From Octopus vulgaris (Eukaryota), in the NCBI GenBank assembly GCA_951406725.2, contig OX597816.1, positions 31,558,001 to 31,622,000 of the forward strand: a stretch of DNA of 64,000 bases, read 5' to 3'. The notes below the pieces were generated by a model. That model ran no database searches, was not told the origin of the DNA, and worked only from the letters and a program-made list of their open reading frames with translations. The position numbers and the translations under genes were made by a program. Positions 28,246 through 42,520 of the stretch are shown one piece after another; position 1 is the first letter of the stretch; the number at the start of each line of letters is the position of its first letter.

Positions 28246-28998
28246 TCGAAAAATGCGTTAGGTAGGAGAACCCAGGTTCGAAATTTCCCCAAGACACCTG
28301 ATGAAAGCTGGAGGGTGTTAACGACAAACAAGATGAGGACAAATATTCGTCAAATGTAAATAAGGTATACACGCCTCATTCATTATTGCGTCCGCTTCAT
28401 CTTGTATTTGAAAGGTATTGAAATACTGCTCCTGCACAATAACATGTTTGCTTTTGTTAAAAAGCGAATACATAAATACGGCTTGCTACACTCGTTCACT
28501 CAACCTGGCAGGTGATAGGAAGCAGATGGCAGGTAATTATTGTTTTGGCTGTGAAAACGAACGAAACAATCTGAATGATATATTGATATTAACGGCTCTA
28601 AAGTCGGCAACCGATCAAAATGGTTAGAAAGCCGGATAAAATGCTTAACGGCATTTCTTCCGTGTGTAGATTTCGAGTTCAAATGTCGCTGAGGTTGATT
28701 TCACTCCTCATTATTTCGGGGTTGATAAAACAAGTACCAGTTGAACAATTGTTCAACTAGTGGACGTAATCGATATTTCCTTCCTACGAAACTCCTGATC
28801 TTATGCCCAAATTAGAAATTTATGTTAAGGCGGTGAGCTGGCAAAGTCGTGAGCACAGCAGACAAAATACTTAGCAGTATTTCGTTAGATGACGAGTTCC
28901 GAGGTTACATTCTGTCGAGGTCGACTGTACATTTCATCCCTTCGCGGACAAGAAATTAAGTACCACATGAGCAATGGAATCTATATATTAGACGTATG

Positions 28999-29230
28999 TG
29001 TTTCTTTATTACCCACAAGGGGCTAAACATAGAGGGGACAAACAAGGACAGACAAACGAATTAAGTCGATTACATCGACCCCAGTGCGTAACTGGTACTT
29101 ACTTTATCGACCCCGAAAGGATGAAAGGCAAAGTCGACCTCAGCGGAATTTGAACCCAGAACGTAGCGGCAGACGAAATACTGCTAAGCATTTCGCCCGG
29201 CGTGCTAACGTTTCTGCCAGCTCGCCGCCT
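28999..29230 (-). mobile_element. young SINE S1 copy nested in an older, oppositely oriented S1 copy
   Basis: Perfect 17-bp TSD tatatattagacgtatg at 28982-28998 and 29231-29247. Confidence 0.92.
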
Positions 29231-32200
29231 TATATATTAGACGTATGGCCTCCCTAATATCACTGGTCTTGCACCAACATTTTAAAGAATTATTGTTTTA
29301 TATAGAGCATTTAGCAGGCAAAATCTTTAGCATGTCGTACAGAACGTTTAGCGGTATTTTGTTGGTTCTTGATTTCTGAGTTCAAATCCCCCGATGATGA
29401 CAGTTCGTTTTATCACTTCAGGGTTGTGGAAATAGGTACCAGTTCAGCACTGGGATAAATGTAATTGACTTAGCCACTTCCATGATATTGTTGATCTCGT
29501 GTAAAAATTTGCAACTAGTTTCAATGTTTGTCTAGTAACATTTTACGACTAGCTGCGTTTCAGTAATGGCGGCTTTAAATAGGCTAGCATTTCAAACTTT
29601 AAAGCGTTGTAAATTTTTGTAATATTAATAAAATTTCGTCATTGGCTTACTAAACTGCAACAGTGTAGATTATTTGAAAATATTCTGAATTTATAAATAA
29701 TTCTAAAAAGAAAAAAAAAAGATTTTATTTTCATTTTAATGAGCTCCCTTTTAACCTGTACTTGATATTTACCAGGAGGTTATATGCTCAGATATGTAGA
29801 AACAAATTTACTGTTAAAGCTGTAATAATTTTGAAGCGTGTAATTCATAAATATGTGTCCGTCATATAGAGAGTAACTAAATGTGTCATGTTGCAATATA
29901 GATCACTGAAATTAATGTTGCTCAAAAAATTATGTGATAATTCGTCTCATAGTTCTTTGCAAGAATGTTGCTGGCGTACAGTTCCTTGTTGAGAAGGCTC
30001 ATAACCAAATGATATTCTCCACTTGAATATATCATATTCATATCAACAATTTCCCCCGTTTCTGTACCATTCATAGCTCTGCTACTACAAGCGAAAATTT
30101 TACTTAGGGAATATAATAAACAAAGTTCACAGAATATCTAGGACACTGTAAGAGGTTGCTATGACACCGACTATGTCGCCTTGGTACTAAATGTACATAC
30201 GCTTATAGCCTTCTACATAGTGAGTATTTATATATTTTATACTGCAATCGATTATGATGATGAATGGAAATCATGGACCCCTGATTGGAGATCACTATTC
30301 CGATAGCTATTACAAAGTTTAGGGAGATTGTAGTTAAATATATAGAATCTGAGAAGCATGCTAGGAGGTAATAATATGTTTTAACAAATTCAACCGGAAA
30401 GAATACTTGAATGCATTTTGACATACATGTGATACAGAAATGTACGTCGATGTTTAGTATAAATAGAAGCGTATATTCTGGAATATTGCAGCGATTTGGA
30501 TGACAAAATAACAGTTTATTTCCGCAAAAATAATACCTTTATTGTTTCTTTTTGATATATACACATTTTTCTGGAATATAGCGGTAAACTAAGCTTCATT
30601 GTATAGATAAAACATCGTTTATTAATATTTTACGTATTTTCTATAGTTGAAATCCAGACCGAAAATTACAATAAATTATGTAGAATACATATTTTAAGAG
30701 GAGGTCGCCGTTTAAGAGAAAATATAGAAAATTCCAGAATCTTAATTAACTGCCTCATTCAAGCCATTATATTTCCCATTGCTGTTCTGCACCATTGATT
30801 TGTGATATAAAAGCCGCGTACAAATACTTTCACTTCATAATATATTTTTAAAATTGAAGAAATCTAACGTTAACAAAAGCGTTATTAACATTAAAATATG
30901 CATTAATTAAACAAACAACAAATTAATGAATATGCAGACTCAATAGTTTTTTCCACCTTTCGACAAGCAATATTAAGCAATAAACACAGAGATATTCATA
31001 TAACCTTTATATGAACCACTAATATATATGAAATAGTGTATAGCATGGCAGTATCAATACCGCACACAATGTATAATTAGATTCTCTATTTCGTAAATTA
31101 AATTGCATTCCATCCACATCGTATATGTGTTCTGTATTTAATGACTGAATACTTTGGAGATTATAGTGTCGGTGCCTCATCGAAAGCCATAAGTGACAAA
31201 TTATTCTAATTGTTACTAAACAAATATCAGAAAATCGCCGCTAACTGATTCAGCATAAGCTTTCAATTAATCTATCAGTTATTGGTTTATACTATTTTAT
31301 GCATTAATATTACTGATTTCTCTATCTTAAATCAATACACACTCTACAGAACAATACAAGTAAACGAAGAAATAAAAGGCAAGTGACAATCTTTTGTCAG
31401 CTTCAGCTTTACAATTTATTTATCAGCGGGATGTCTGGTATTACCTTGCAGATATATGGACACAAATAGCCTGCAGTCTTTAGTAACGTGATTGTGTTCA
31501 TGTGTCGTGATTTTAAACATTCAGAGTATTATCTAAGTAACTGAGTCATTCCAAAAATTTATTTACCTATATGTCAGCGACTACGTTATATCTATATATT
31601 TCAAATACATGATGAATATATACTGCTAGATTTAAGAGCTGTGTGTGAAATTAGCGCTATTTCCTCTGTACTAATGTGATTTGAAACAAAGATTCCATTG
31701 ATATACATGCAATAGTCTTCGGTTTCGATTCCCAATATATGATGGGGGCTAAATCTGAAGCGTTAATTTAGTTTCTTCCTATTTTATGGTGTGCAACATG
31801 TCGGAACATCTTTTCTGCATTATTTGAGATAAATACTGTTCTTGTTCACGTATTTAATAACATGTAAATTTCTCACTAGATCTCACAATCCTATGTAAAT
31901 TATCTATATGTTAAAGGGGAAATAGTTTTAGAAGCGTCCATGGCAAAACGTGCATGAAGAGCGCATTATCTGTTAGAGGCACGATGAACATCATATCATA
32001 GATAAAAAATACTTAGGCATTTATAGCAACTGCTATGACAGTCGTGGATCTCTACCACACGGCGAAGAGGATTCCTTTCGTCGATCAGTCAATAAACGTA
32101 TCTTTAAATAATGTATAAGTAGATGGAAGTTGTAGAGAATGATAATCGTTAAATTCATTCGCAAGACGAATTAGTATACAACAATGAATGATTTCTGTAA

Positions 32201-35200
32201 CTAGATGTCAAATAAAGAGGACATTTCGAACAGGGCGTGTACATAATTCCTTTCTTTCCCGCCGTGTGTCCGTCTTTACAATAACCCCACTCCAATTGTA
32301 TACAAAGAAATAGAAATTGTATTTATATTACATAAATAAATATAATCATTATATTATTACACAAAATTCATAGCACAGTAAAATATTTTCTTCGCGGATG
32401 TTTGTTAAAATTCAGCTTTTTTCCTTCCTACAAATTTCCATTAACTGTGACAGCATTAATACCACTCGTGAGGTTAATGGTTTATCTTGTAATTATCTAA
32501 CAATGGAGGAGAAATGACGTCTCATTACAAGTAATGAAATTGTACAGAACATGTAAATGTTTTTATTTCTTTGAGAGTAGTTTGGAAAGCTGTTAGAAAA
32601 ATACAACGATCTATTTCGAAATAGTCTCTTATAGTGCCAATTCCATATATAATGAAACAGTGAAACTACGAATCTAACTATGAAACTGGTGCCATTAGTC
32701 ACTAAATAAGAAATATATCATTCATACTAAGTAAGATGTGTATTGTAATTACTTTTAATGCTAAAATATTACAAACGTATTTATTTAATATGTCAGATAT
32801 GTATTTCCCCTCTTCTGCACATAGTTCATACACAAGTTTGCGTGACACTGTTAAAAAAACAAAAAAAAAACTGACTGAAATTGATATATATCTTATGAAG
32901 TAAGAAACGGTAGACGAAATGACACAAATGGCAAATACACAGGCACGCACACATACAGATATACGCATCATATGCAAAGATGAGCACACACATACAGAAA
33001 CACTGACATACACAAACACACTCATAGGTCTGCAATCAAGTAACTCATTTACACTGGGCGTGCAAAACCTTACTCTAATTATTTTCTACAATAGTCACAG
33101 ACTTACCAGTCTGTCGTGATTAAATTTGGATAGCCAGACGAATATATATTTAGGAAACAGAATTAAAAGCTTTTATCGGATATTGGTTTCAAATTTTGGC
33201 ATAAGTCCAGGACTTTCGGGAATTAAGGCAAATCGATTACATAGTCCCGAGTGCCCAACTGCTGCTCATTTTATCATCCCCGAAAGTTAAAGTTGATCTT
33301 GGTGGAATTTGAACTCAGAATACAAAGACGCAAGGAATGCCACATAGCATTTTGTCAGGCGTGCTAGCGATTCTGCTTGTAGCGACCTTACTTTTGCCAT
33401 ATAGTGACAATACAAAATAGTTTAATATTAGATTATATAGATTCACATAACGGAAGATAAAATAGGTATTAGCACGCGTGGGAATCAAGCCCACACCTTT
33501 TTAGCTTCGATGTCCATGCAAATTAATGCTCATTTTTCCTATTAAATGTCTTATATGCCATAATATTAGATGTTGTCCCCAGTGAGTCTACGGCGAAAGC
33601 ATATGATTCAATTTGCTAATACTTTACTCGCTGCCTCTTTAAATTCACGCCAAAAAGTAAGTAGCACTAGGCATTTGACCTACACTATAATGGATTACGT
33701 AAACTATATATATATTTGTAGAAAAAGTATCAGGTAGAAAGTAACAAAAATAAGTGACGCTTAATCGATTGCTTTGTTTATTTATAAACAAATATAGAAC
33801 TACATGAATGCACGTGGCTTACTACTAAGTGTATTCAGCTCACGATTGTAAGGTCACAAGTTCGATTCCTTGTGACTTACTAAACAAAAGACCCCAAGTT
33901 TGTTCGACAATTATACTATATTATCTTAACTATAAAATCACCCAAAAGTCGAAAAGTCAAAATAAAAAGAAACAAAAAGGCCGTGTGCGAGTTAAAAATA
34001 AATAAATAAACGAAATATATATGAATGGTTTGAATGAAATAGCAGCATTTCTTTCATTTTCTGCTTCTTTTAGGTGCTAATTAATGACCGAAAACTTAAT
34101 TACACTTACAATTATAATCCTCATAATTAATTAACTATTTAGTTTCAATGACTATTTGATTGACTAATATATTGATTGTTTATATCTTGTATTTCAGTAG
34201 TTTCAATCAATATTTTGCACTTACAGTCACAATAACTTGTGTTTTTTGACTACTCCAAGGAAAAATTAGACGATTCACTATTCATCAATTTTTATGTTTA
34301 TATTTTTTTACATGATCTAACAAACAAACACTTATTTACAACTTATTTAATATGTTGTCAATCCAACACTGTTTTAAGTCCAACATCAAGTTGTAAATGC
34401 GCACTAACTTTCTAGCATAAACCTATTTCTATGAAATTATCCTAATAATTTTCTCTACAAAGGTGGTGCTTGCCCTTCCATGAGAGCATGGCTTCACATG
34501 GCGCAGGGTGGATGCATTCGATCATTTTCTTATCGTAGTTAAACTTTTTGATTTTATCATGAACCAGTGTAACTAAAGGGCACTTAAAAATTATTTTGTT
34601 TTTTAATTAGATTAATACTTATTCTCATTTCAATTCCAACAACAAAAAGAAAATTTAAAATGATTTAACAAAAGTGTTGAATAAAAGGAAATTCTTTTAA
34701 TCAGGTAAAATTATAAATTATTAATTGTCACTATTTATTAATTTATTAGCATTGCCTGGGAAAAAGTTGGTTACAATGAAAAATGTGGACGCATGGAGGT
34801 TACTATTCTCAAGTTATTAAACCTGGAAAAGTGCAGAACAAGTTATTACATATGGAAAAGTACAAGAAAAACGTATTTATACTTGCAGCTATATTTAAAA
34901 TTTTAAAGTATATTTCGATTTACGAATTAAAAATAATAGTTCTTATTAGCTACTCTATAATTAAAAAATAACTGAAATAATAGATTTAAAGCTACCTGTT
35001 ATAAAAAAAATTCAATAGCACCACTAAGAATGTTTTTTCAATTACAATTTTTTATATACTCCCATATCTGTACGGAATGGGTATATCGATGAGTTTATCT
35101 CACGTGACATTTCATACCATATGAAAACTGTAGCCCGAAGGCAAGAAGAATATTTTAGATGGTGTACTACCCCGCCAAACGAAAACTTTAATTAGGAAGT

Positions 35201-35739
35201 GTTCCACTCTCTCAAGAAAACTATCCCTGTACCGTCCCCTAAGCCTCAACCCTACAATAAAGGTACCAGTCGAACTTCCCTTCTTTGAAGTTTTCGGAAG
35301 ACCAGCTTTTTGGAGGATTTATCAATGAATTATAGGTTGCCAATTTTCACCAAAAAATGAATTTCTGTTGTGTACTATTTAAAAACTTTTAGTATTTCTT
35401 AAACACTGGTAATTAAAAAATATTTTTACTAGGGCTATTGAAACATTTGTGCTTTTTGCTATAAGTTAGCCTTAAATTAATTATTTTAGTTAAGGTTTTA
35501 ATTATCAAGTAGCTAGTAAAGATTATTTTTTTAAGTTTTTAAAATATAGTCTAATAACATTTTAAAATATAAATATTTTATAAAATTTTCAATATAGCTC
35601 TAATATCTTAAGTATAAATATACGCGCCATGTATTTTTTCAGGTGTAATAATTTCAGTTCTATATTTAAGAGATGAGCAATTATTTACATTATTTACATT
35701 TAACGGATAAAGATATTTGTCCTCATCTTCTTTGTTGTT

Positions 35740-35785
35740 AACACTATGTTTCGGCTGATATACCCTCCAGGCTTCATCAGGTGTC
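35740..35785 (-). ncRNA. minimal hammerhead motif, left arm of copy 2
   Basis: Minus strand GACAC-CUGAUGA-A-GCCUG-gaggguauau-CAGCC-GAAAC-AUA-GUGUU. Core boxes are intact; stems II and III are mutated. Confidence 0.7.
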
Positions 35786-35849
35786 TTGGAGAAATTTCTA
35801 ACCTGTGTTCTCATTGCTAAGGTATTTTTCGATGTTTTTAATATAATGA

Positions 35850-35958
<109 letters not shown>

Positions 35959-36138
35959 GTTATTTTTATTTTTATTAATAGCATTATTTTGTTTTTGTTG
36001 TTATTATTATTATTATTCAGGTCACTGTCTGTAATCGAACTCGGAATGTTCGGGTTAGTAGACCGCGTTATTAACCACTACGCCACATGTCCATGGGCAT
36101 GACCCAAGAATGAGAACCCAGATTCGAAATTTCCCCAA

Positions 36139-36184
36139 GGCACCTGATGAAGTCTTGAGGGTATATCAGTCGAAACGTTGTGTT
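36139..36184 (+). ncRNA. minimal hammerhead motif, right arm of copy 2
   Basis: GGCAC-CUGAUGA-A-GUCUU-gaggguauau-CAGUC-GAAAC-GUU-GUGUU. Core is intact; stem II has two mismatches. Confidence 0.75.
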
Positions 36185-37169
36185 AACAGCAAACAAGAAG
36201 AGGATAAATATCCTTCAAACGTAAATAATGTGTAATAACTTTTCCTCTACTTTTCCCAGTTTATTTACTTAATAACATTAGCCTCCAAGCGTCCGCATTT
36301 TCAGTGTTATCAACTTTTTCTATGCAATGCTATTAAACTAATAAATATCGAAAATTAATAATTCATAATTTACCTGATATTTTTTTTTCATTTTATTGAA
36401 TACTTTTGTTAAATATTTGAATTTTTTATGGTTGAATTTAAAGGAGAATATTTATTAATCTAAATAATTAAATAAAAAAATTATAATTGCACTTCTTTTA
36501 CACTACCTCGTGAAAATATCAAAAATTGTAACTCAGATTAGAAAATGAACGAATGCATCCACTCTGCAGCAAGCTTTAACCGGATTCACATTTTACACTG
36601 ATTTAAAAAAAAAAGTTCATGTGGCTTATGTCGAAGCTGTCTTGGTTCTGACTACCGATTCAAGCCTGCCCTATTTTTATAGGGTGTTCTTGGCTCAAAT
36701 TAGTATATGTTTTGAAAGGGATTTTTCAGTCTTAGACATTTTTGTGTTTTCCTCTTCGTTTGTGTTTTCGTATCAAGTGAGACTGTTAGGCGTCGTAAGT
36801 TAAGGCAGCTACGGTTAACTGGACATGATATCTCCCAACATGACATGTCCATTGGTCTGAATGGTTTCTGTCAAGTGTGTGTAGAGAATGAACATACGAT
36901 TAAATTTACAACTTTTTTTTACGATTCATGCTAGATCCTTGCGTTCGTGTGACGTGACAGGATATTTTGCGCCTAAAAATACGTCCTACACTGTTGAACG
37001 CACATGGTTTGTTATAGTCAAGGCACTCCATACGACTCTTGCCCTCTTTAGTGGAAGAGTGTGCAGGAGTGGTGTAGGTATTTATCTCTGTATTATACTC
37101 ATGATAAGTAACAGAATGAACTTTGTGACTGAACAGTTATTTGTTTATGTACTCTGTTAATGTTTGTTC

Positions 37170-38260
37170 AATCTTCGTTTGCACTTTTGTATGAAAGAAT
37201 TTTCTTTATTCTTTATTCATCTGTGGTATTCGCTGAGTGTAAAGAACTGGAAATTGGGGGATTCAGTTTTTGATCATATGTCGATGTGTCCACTCAGTTG
37301 AATCTGTATAGTACCGGGGTCTTTATTTGTTGTTAGTGAATTGTCAGTCTTTTGAAAAGAGTAAGCTTTGTTTGACCTATGTAATCTTCATTATATTCTT
37401 AATATTTGATAGCGTATATCAAATGCATTGAAGAAAATATTAATTGATTTTTTTTTACAGTAAAAGGCTGTCTAGATTTGAATTTATATGTTGCGGCATG
37501 TGTCGCAATTGGGTTGGGGAGGCCCCACATTTAGGCTGTGGATGTAGGAATTGTGGAGAGGTAATTTAGCACTGTAATGAATTTTTGAGGGGCTGAACTT
37601 TGGATTAGCTGGTGTATTTAGAATGCTTGTTTCATTCTTGGGTCTTATTATGATTGTTCTGGTGGACAATATTGTAAATCTCTGCGTTTCTTAGAATGTG
37701 TGTCGTAATAAAGGGTAGAGCATTGCATTGTGTAGAGCACTTTTCGTTCTTCGTGGTTCTTCGATATTCATTCCTTTGGCATGGTCAATTCGATTCTTTA
37801 TTAACATAGACAATGGATATTGTTTTTTAAGTAGTACTTGTTTTTGTCCCTGTGGTCTTTTATTGCGAATTTCAGCTTTTGGAACAATTGTTCAGACACT
37901 TCTTGCTAGATCAAAGGGGATAGTATTCTTCGTGTGTTTGGGTTTGCATAAGGAGAAGAGTAGGCATTGTTTAGAATCTTTTCGTTTGTAGTGAATATCT
38001 GTTTGAATGAGGGTATTCCTTGATGATTATTATATTCAGAAATAATACATTAGTTTCACTGTATCCAATGGTAATGTTCATATATAAATGTTCCATATAG
38101 TTACTACAAATTTCATACTTGACGACCTAATCTATGAAGTAAGTACGTCAGGTCTTTTTGAAAGAGTGTTAGATGACACTATCTTCCAAAATTTGAACGA
38201 ATTCCTACAATCTGGCAAAATGTCGTTCGAATGTATAAAAATTCCTTCATAATAAATGAA
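37170..38260 (-). mobile_element. decayed Penelope-like retroelement (RT thumb, Cys linker, GIY-YIG C-terminal part; Neptune-like)
   Basis: Minus strand from ~38010 reads IQTDIHYKRKDSKQCLLFSLCKPKHTKNTIPFDLARSV*TIV, matching PLE TDxYxKPTDxxQYLxFxSCHPxHTKxxIP. PNCDTC linker at ~37500 and IQLSGHIDI at ~37290. Confidence 0.75.
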
Positions 38261-38796
38261 AAAAAATAGAAGAAACCTAAACTATAGACACACAACGAGG
38301 TAGAGAGATTCTAACAGACGTGATTTTTCTTGAAATATGAAATGGTGTGTAATACACTTCAATATCAAGCAATTTCAAACTGTGTACTGAGTTAACCGGA
38401 GAGAAATCATATATATATGGCATTATTAAAAGAACAGATTCAATACTAGAAGGTGTAGTTACAGAAGGGTCGTAAAATAAATTTGATAAAAATAACTCAA
38501 GGACAATGACATTTCATTTAAAAGAATGCTATTTAAAAGAAGATATAATATTCAATTTATAATAGATGTAGTAGAAAACAGATTCGAAAATTTCAACATT
38601 ACACTCTTCCAAACATGATTCGTTAATCAACAAATTTATCATCTTTCAAATGTTGAAATTCTGAAAATTATTCTATGTATTTAGCGTATCTAAAATACGC
38701 CCGATAGAAGCATATATATTTAATAAGAAGCTATGAGTAAACTAGGTTAATAATAGCCAATCATCTAAGTATATATATATATATATGTACTTATAT

Positions 38797-39028
38797 ATTT
38801 CTTTATTGCCCACGAGGGGCTAAACATAGAGAGGACAAACAAGGACAGACAAAGGAATTAAGTCAATTACATCGAATCCAGAGTGAAACTGGTACTTTTA
38901 TTTATCGACCCCGAAAGGATGGAAGGCAAAGTCAACCTCGGCGGAATTTGAACTCAGAACGTAACGACAGACGAAATACCGCTAAGCATTCCGCCCGGCG
39001 CGCTAACGTTTCTGCCAGCTCACCGCCT
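38797..39028 (-). mobile_element. SINE S1 copy
   Basis: Matches the 29.0-kb copy. 19-bp TSD tatatatatgtacttatat at 38778-38796 and 39029-39047. Confidence 0.9.
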
Positions 39029-41839
39029 TATATATATGTACTTATATGTATACACACACAGCTAACGGTTACGCATTCACACACACACACAAACACACAC
39101 ACTTACACATACACACCGGCGCACGTGTATTGTTGGCAAACGAAGTAAATGTCATTGTAATTGAGTAATCTCCATGAAAATTTGTTGCAGAAAACTGAAC
39201 AACCAACTGTATTTCATGCCGTCTTAGATTATTGACGTATTGCATTGTAATATAGACGTTACTTCTAATGGCAACAAAATGGATAAATAGAAAATAAAAA
39301 GAGCTGAAAATATTTCAGTTCCTTTTTTTGTATGTATTACAACTTGGAAAACATTTTACCTAGCTCTGTTGTCTGGATAAATTTCGACAAATCTGGAAAG
39401 GCATTCGCATCAAAATAATAAATTATATTGATTACTTTTGATTTCTAGTTGGTCAAAGTCTCAACAACAACATCCGTTCTTTTCAATGATTATAATTCTA
39501 AAATATCTATGTAGGTAGTTGGAATGGAATTTCGCACGAATTTCTGATACCTCACATATTAAACTAGTGCAGGGCGGTGAGCTGACAGAATCGTTTGCAC
39601 ACCGGGAAAAATGCTAAGCCGTATATTATCTGTTCAAAATCCGCTTAGGCCGAAATTGTCTTTCGTCATTTTGGAGTAGTTAAAATAAATCCCAGTTGAG
39701 CACTAGGGACAATGCCATCGTCTAGCCTATTCCTTCGAACTGGCTGACACGGTACGAAAGTTTTAAACCAAAATAAAAAATTGCTTCGTGGTATTGTAAC
39801 ATATTCGAATAAATGGTTAATTATTGCGATATATTTTGTAATTTTGACTCTTACACCTATAAGATCTATCTCTATTTATTAAATTGTTTTCCATCTTACT
39901 GATCTCTGCTTTATCTGATGCAAATATAACTCAAATCTGCCTCGAATCTTAAAATCTTATAACTGATGTGAAGCATTCAAAACTATATGTGCCATAATAG
40001 ATCGAGCAGGTATGAGTGAAATTATTATGGCCATATTTTTATAGAATTTCCGAGGAACTCCTTGAATTGGAGAAATAATCATAAAATACTACATATACAG
40101 AGGGGTTATGGTCATATAATTAGCGTTAATGATATTAATGTGCTGTTAATTCTTGTGATATATCACTCAACCCAGTACAGAAAAGCTTCCACTGAGAGAT
40201 TACTGCTCAGCTTCAAACCAGGCCATATTCATATTTCTCATATTGAGAGAAAACTGGGAGAACTCATCCAATGTACATTGTGGAATGCAACCGAAACTGT
40301 ACAACGTAACTAGATATCCCGGTTGGTATTCATGTATATAACATTTTGCAGGATGAATATAAGCAGGAGCAATTTGTTCAATATCATGCGTTTAGTGTAG
40401 TAAGAACGCAGGGATTTGATGATCACCAACCGTTGTATTGATCTCATTAATATTATGATTGGAAGTTATTTCATTAGTATTATTAACCAATACCCAATCC
40501 TATCGACGAAGGCAGAATTACTCAAAATTCTGTTTCACGATAGCATCATTCCATATTACATTAATATATTACTGGCTCTTCTTTTCCCTCTCCCTCGCTC
40601 TCATTCCCGCTGTATATATATATATAAGAGAGCAAGAGCGAGATATGTGTATACATGTATATATGTATATTTGTACTATATTTTTTACGGATGTAGGCAT
40701 GTATACTTAACCCTATGACAGCCTCTGACATCACCTAATCTTTGCGGTTGGCAGTGTATGAAATGCATATATGAAATGCATTGAAATTTTGTTCAAGTTA
40801 GTCAAGCAGAAAGCAATTTTTCATTTTGAATATATGGAGCAATGCTACTTAATATAATGCAGCAGATCTTATCTCCGCATCATGTCAGTTGGTTCTTGTT
40901 CTTGCCAGATATTCTGGCTTTGGAGCAAAATAAGTATTTATTGAAAGCATCGTTGTACTCTCAATGCATGAGCGAATAATCCTTAACATTTCAATACCGA
41001 AAATGGCACTGACGATTGGAAATAATTGAAGGGAATAGCTCCTGTCGAAGAAATGCCAAATCTTCTGGTTTGTGGATGGTTTGTGATTGAGTCAAATAGA
41101 ATATACTAGCAAAGATCAATACACCTATGCAGATGATTAATCCAGGTCTTGAATATGGCTCAATCACTAACGAAGCTATATATGTGGCTGAGTATACCTA
41201 TGTGCGTAAAAATATTTTACATTCTCTTGAAAAGTGGTCGTCAAGTATACTTATACTTACACTTGATATGAAAGTTCATTCAAATGTAACAGCATAATCC
41301 TAATTTGAAAAAAGACGTAACTATAAGCACGCATATCCTTTTTCAAAATATTGCCAATGTCTAAGAGAAAACTATGCCAAGATTTCTGAAATTGCATTGC
41401 CAGTTGCAATTATTTTCCCTGATGATAGAGATGATATCATTCTAGAACTACAACGCTCTCGTAAATTATAGATGATTTTTACATCACTTTACATGTTACT
41501 GCAATTCATCATTTCAATATTATGAAAACGGTGTCATAGACGAAGTCTCTAATACCGGGTCGATATAATTGGCTAACAATATACTTGGTACTAACCTACC
41601 TAGTTTTCAACAGCCATAAAAGAAGATGAATATAGGAGCATGTGTATATGTGTGTGCCTATGTGTGCGTGTGCGCATGTGTCTGTGTGTGCATGTGTGCG
41701 TATGTGTCTATGTTTTGGTTCGTGAGTGTGTAGATTCACATTTACACAATTATGCCTGTGTATGCTTATGTATATATGCATATTTGTGTGTATATATGTA
41801 CGCATATATAAAAAAAATATAACTGGTATTTCTTAGAAA

Positions 41840-42092
41840 TCGTTGATGAGGTATCTAATTGATCTGAAGAACGAAACAGCCTGCTCCTGAAATGATCATG
41901 CAAGTGGATGAGTTCTCCACAGATACGTGCACCCATATCGTAGAATTACAGGTGATTCAGTGTGATACAGAATTTTGACATCCAGGCACTGCTAATTTTC
42001 CTCGGCATCGTGAAATAAAATCACCACCTAGAATCGAACTCAGCTCCTGAGAATCGTGAGCCGTATATCATAACAAATAAGCCATGCACCTT
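41840..42092 (-). mobile_element. decayed S2-related SINE
   Basis: Tail homology to 26690-26770; B box (gaatcgaactc on the + strand) at ~42031. Confidence 0.6.
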
Positions 42093-42459
42093 CTCACATA
42101 CACAAATTCCTTTTTGTAATGAAACATGCAACAGATTTCCTTGATTTATGAAAATTATATCCGAATTAGGTATCGTCATAAATTAGATATCCTCACTAAC
42201 AAGGATCAATTATGACCAGCTGTACTCGAGAAGATGAAATAATTTCAAAAAGAAAATTCTTGAACCTTGAGACTAACAATCCTTCTCATTTTGACGGTTA
42301 TGATACATACTCGAAAAGCGGAAGTAATTTTCATCAATAAAATTCATTGATAATTGTATTTGTTAGGCAATTGACATTCAGGTGTCTGCCATTCAGATAC
42401 ACGATACATGCAGCTGGGGAATTCAAGTTATCGTACTGATTTCATTCTTGTTTAAAACT

Positions 42460-42520
<61 letters not shown>

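Larger units (their letters stand above)
27901..28365. mobile_element. palindromic tRNA-headed hammerhead-ribozyme element, copy 1
   Basis: Inverted arms around centre tgccc-tc-gggca (28127-28138). 12-bp TSD tatacacg(t/c)ctc at 27889-27900 and 28366-28377. Homologous to 35655-36229. Confidence 0.85.

Noticed and set aside
32028-32100. Short AG...GT-bounded open stretch that could be a micro-exon
   Set aside because: Weak donor site, no recognisable protein similarity and no partner exons.
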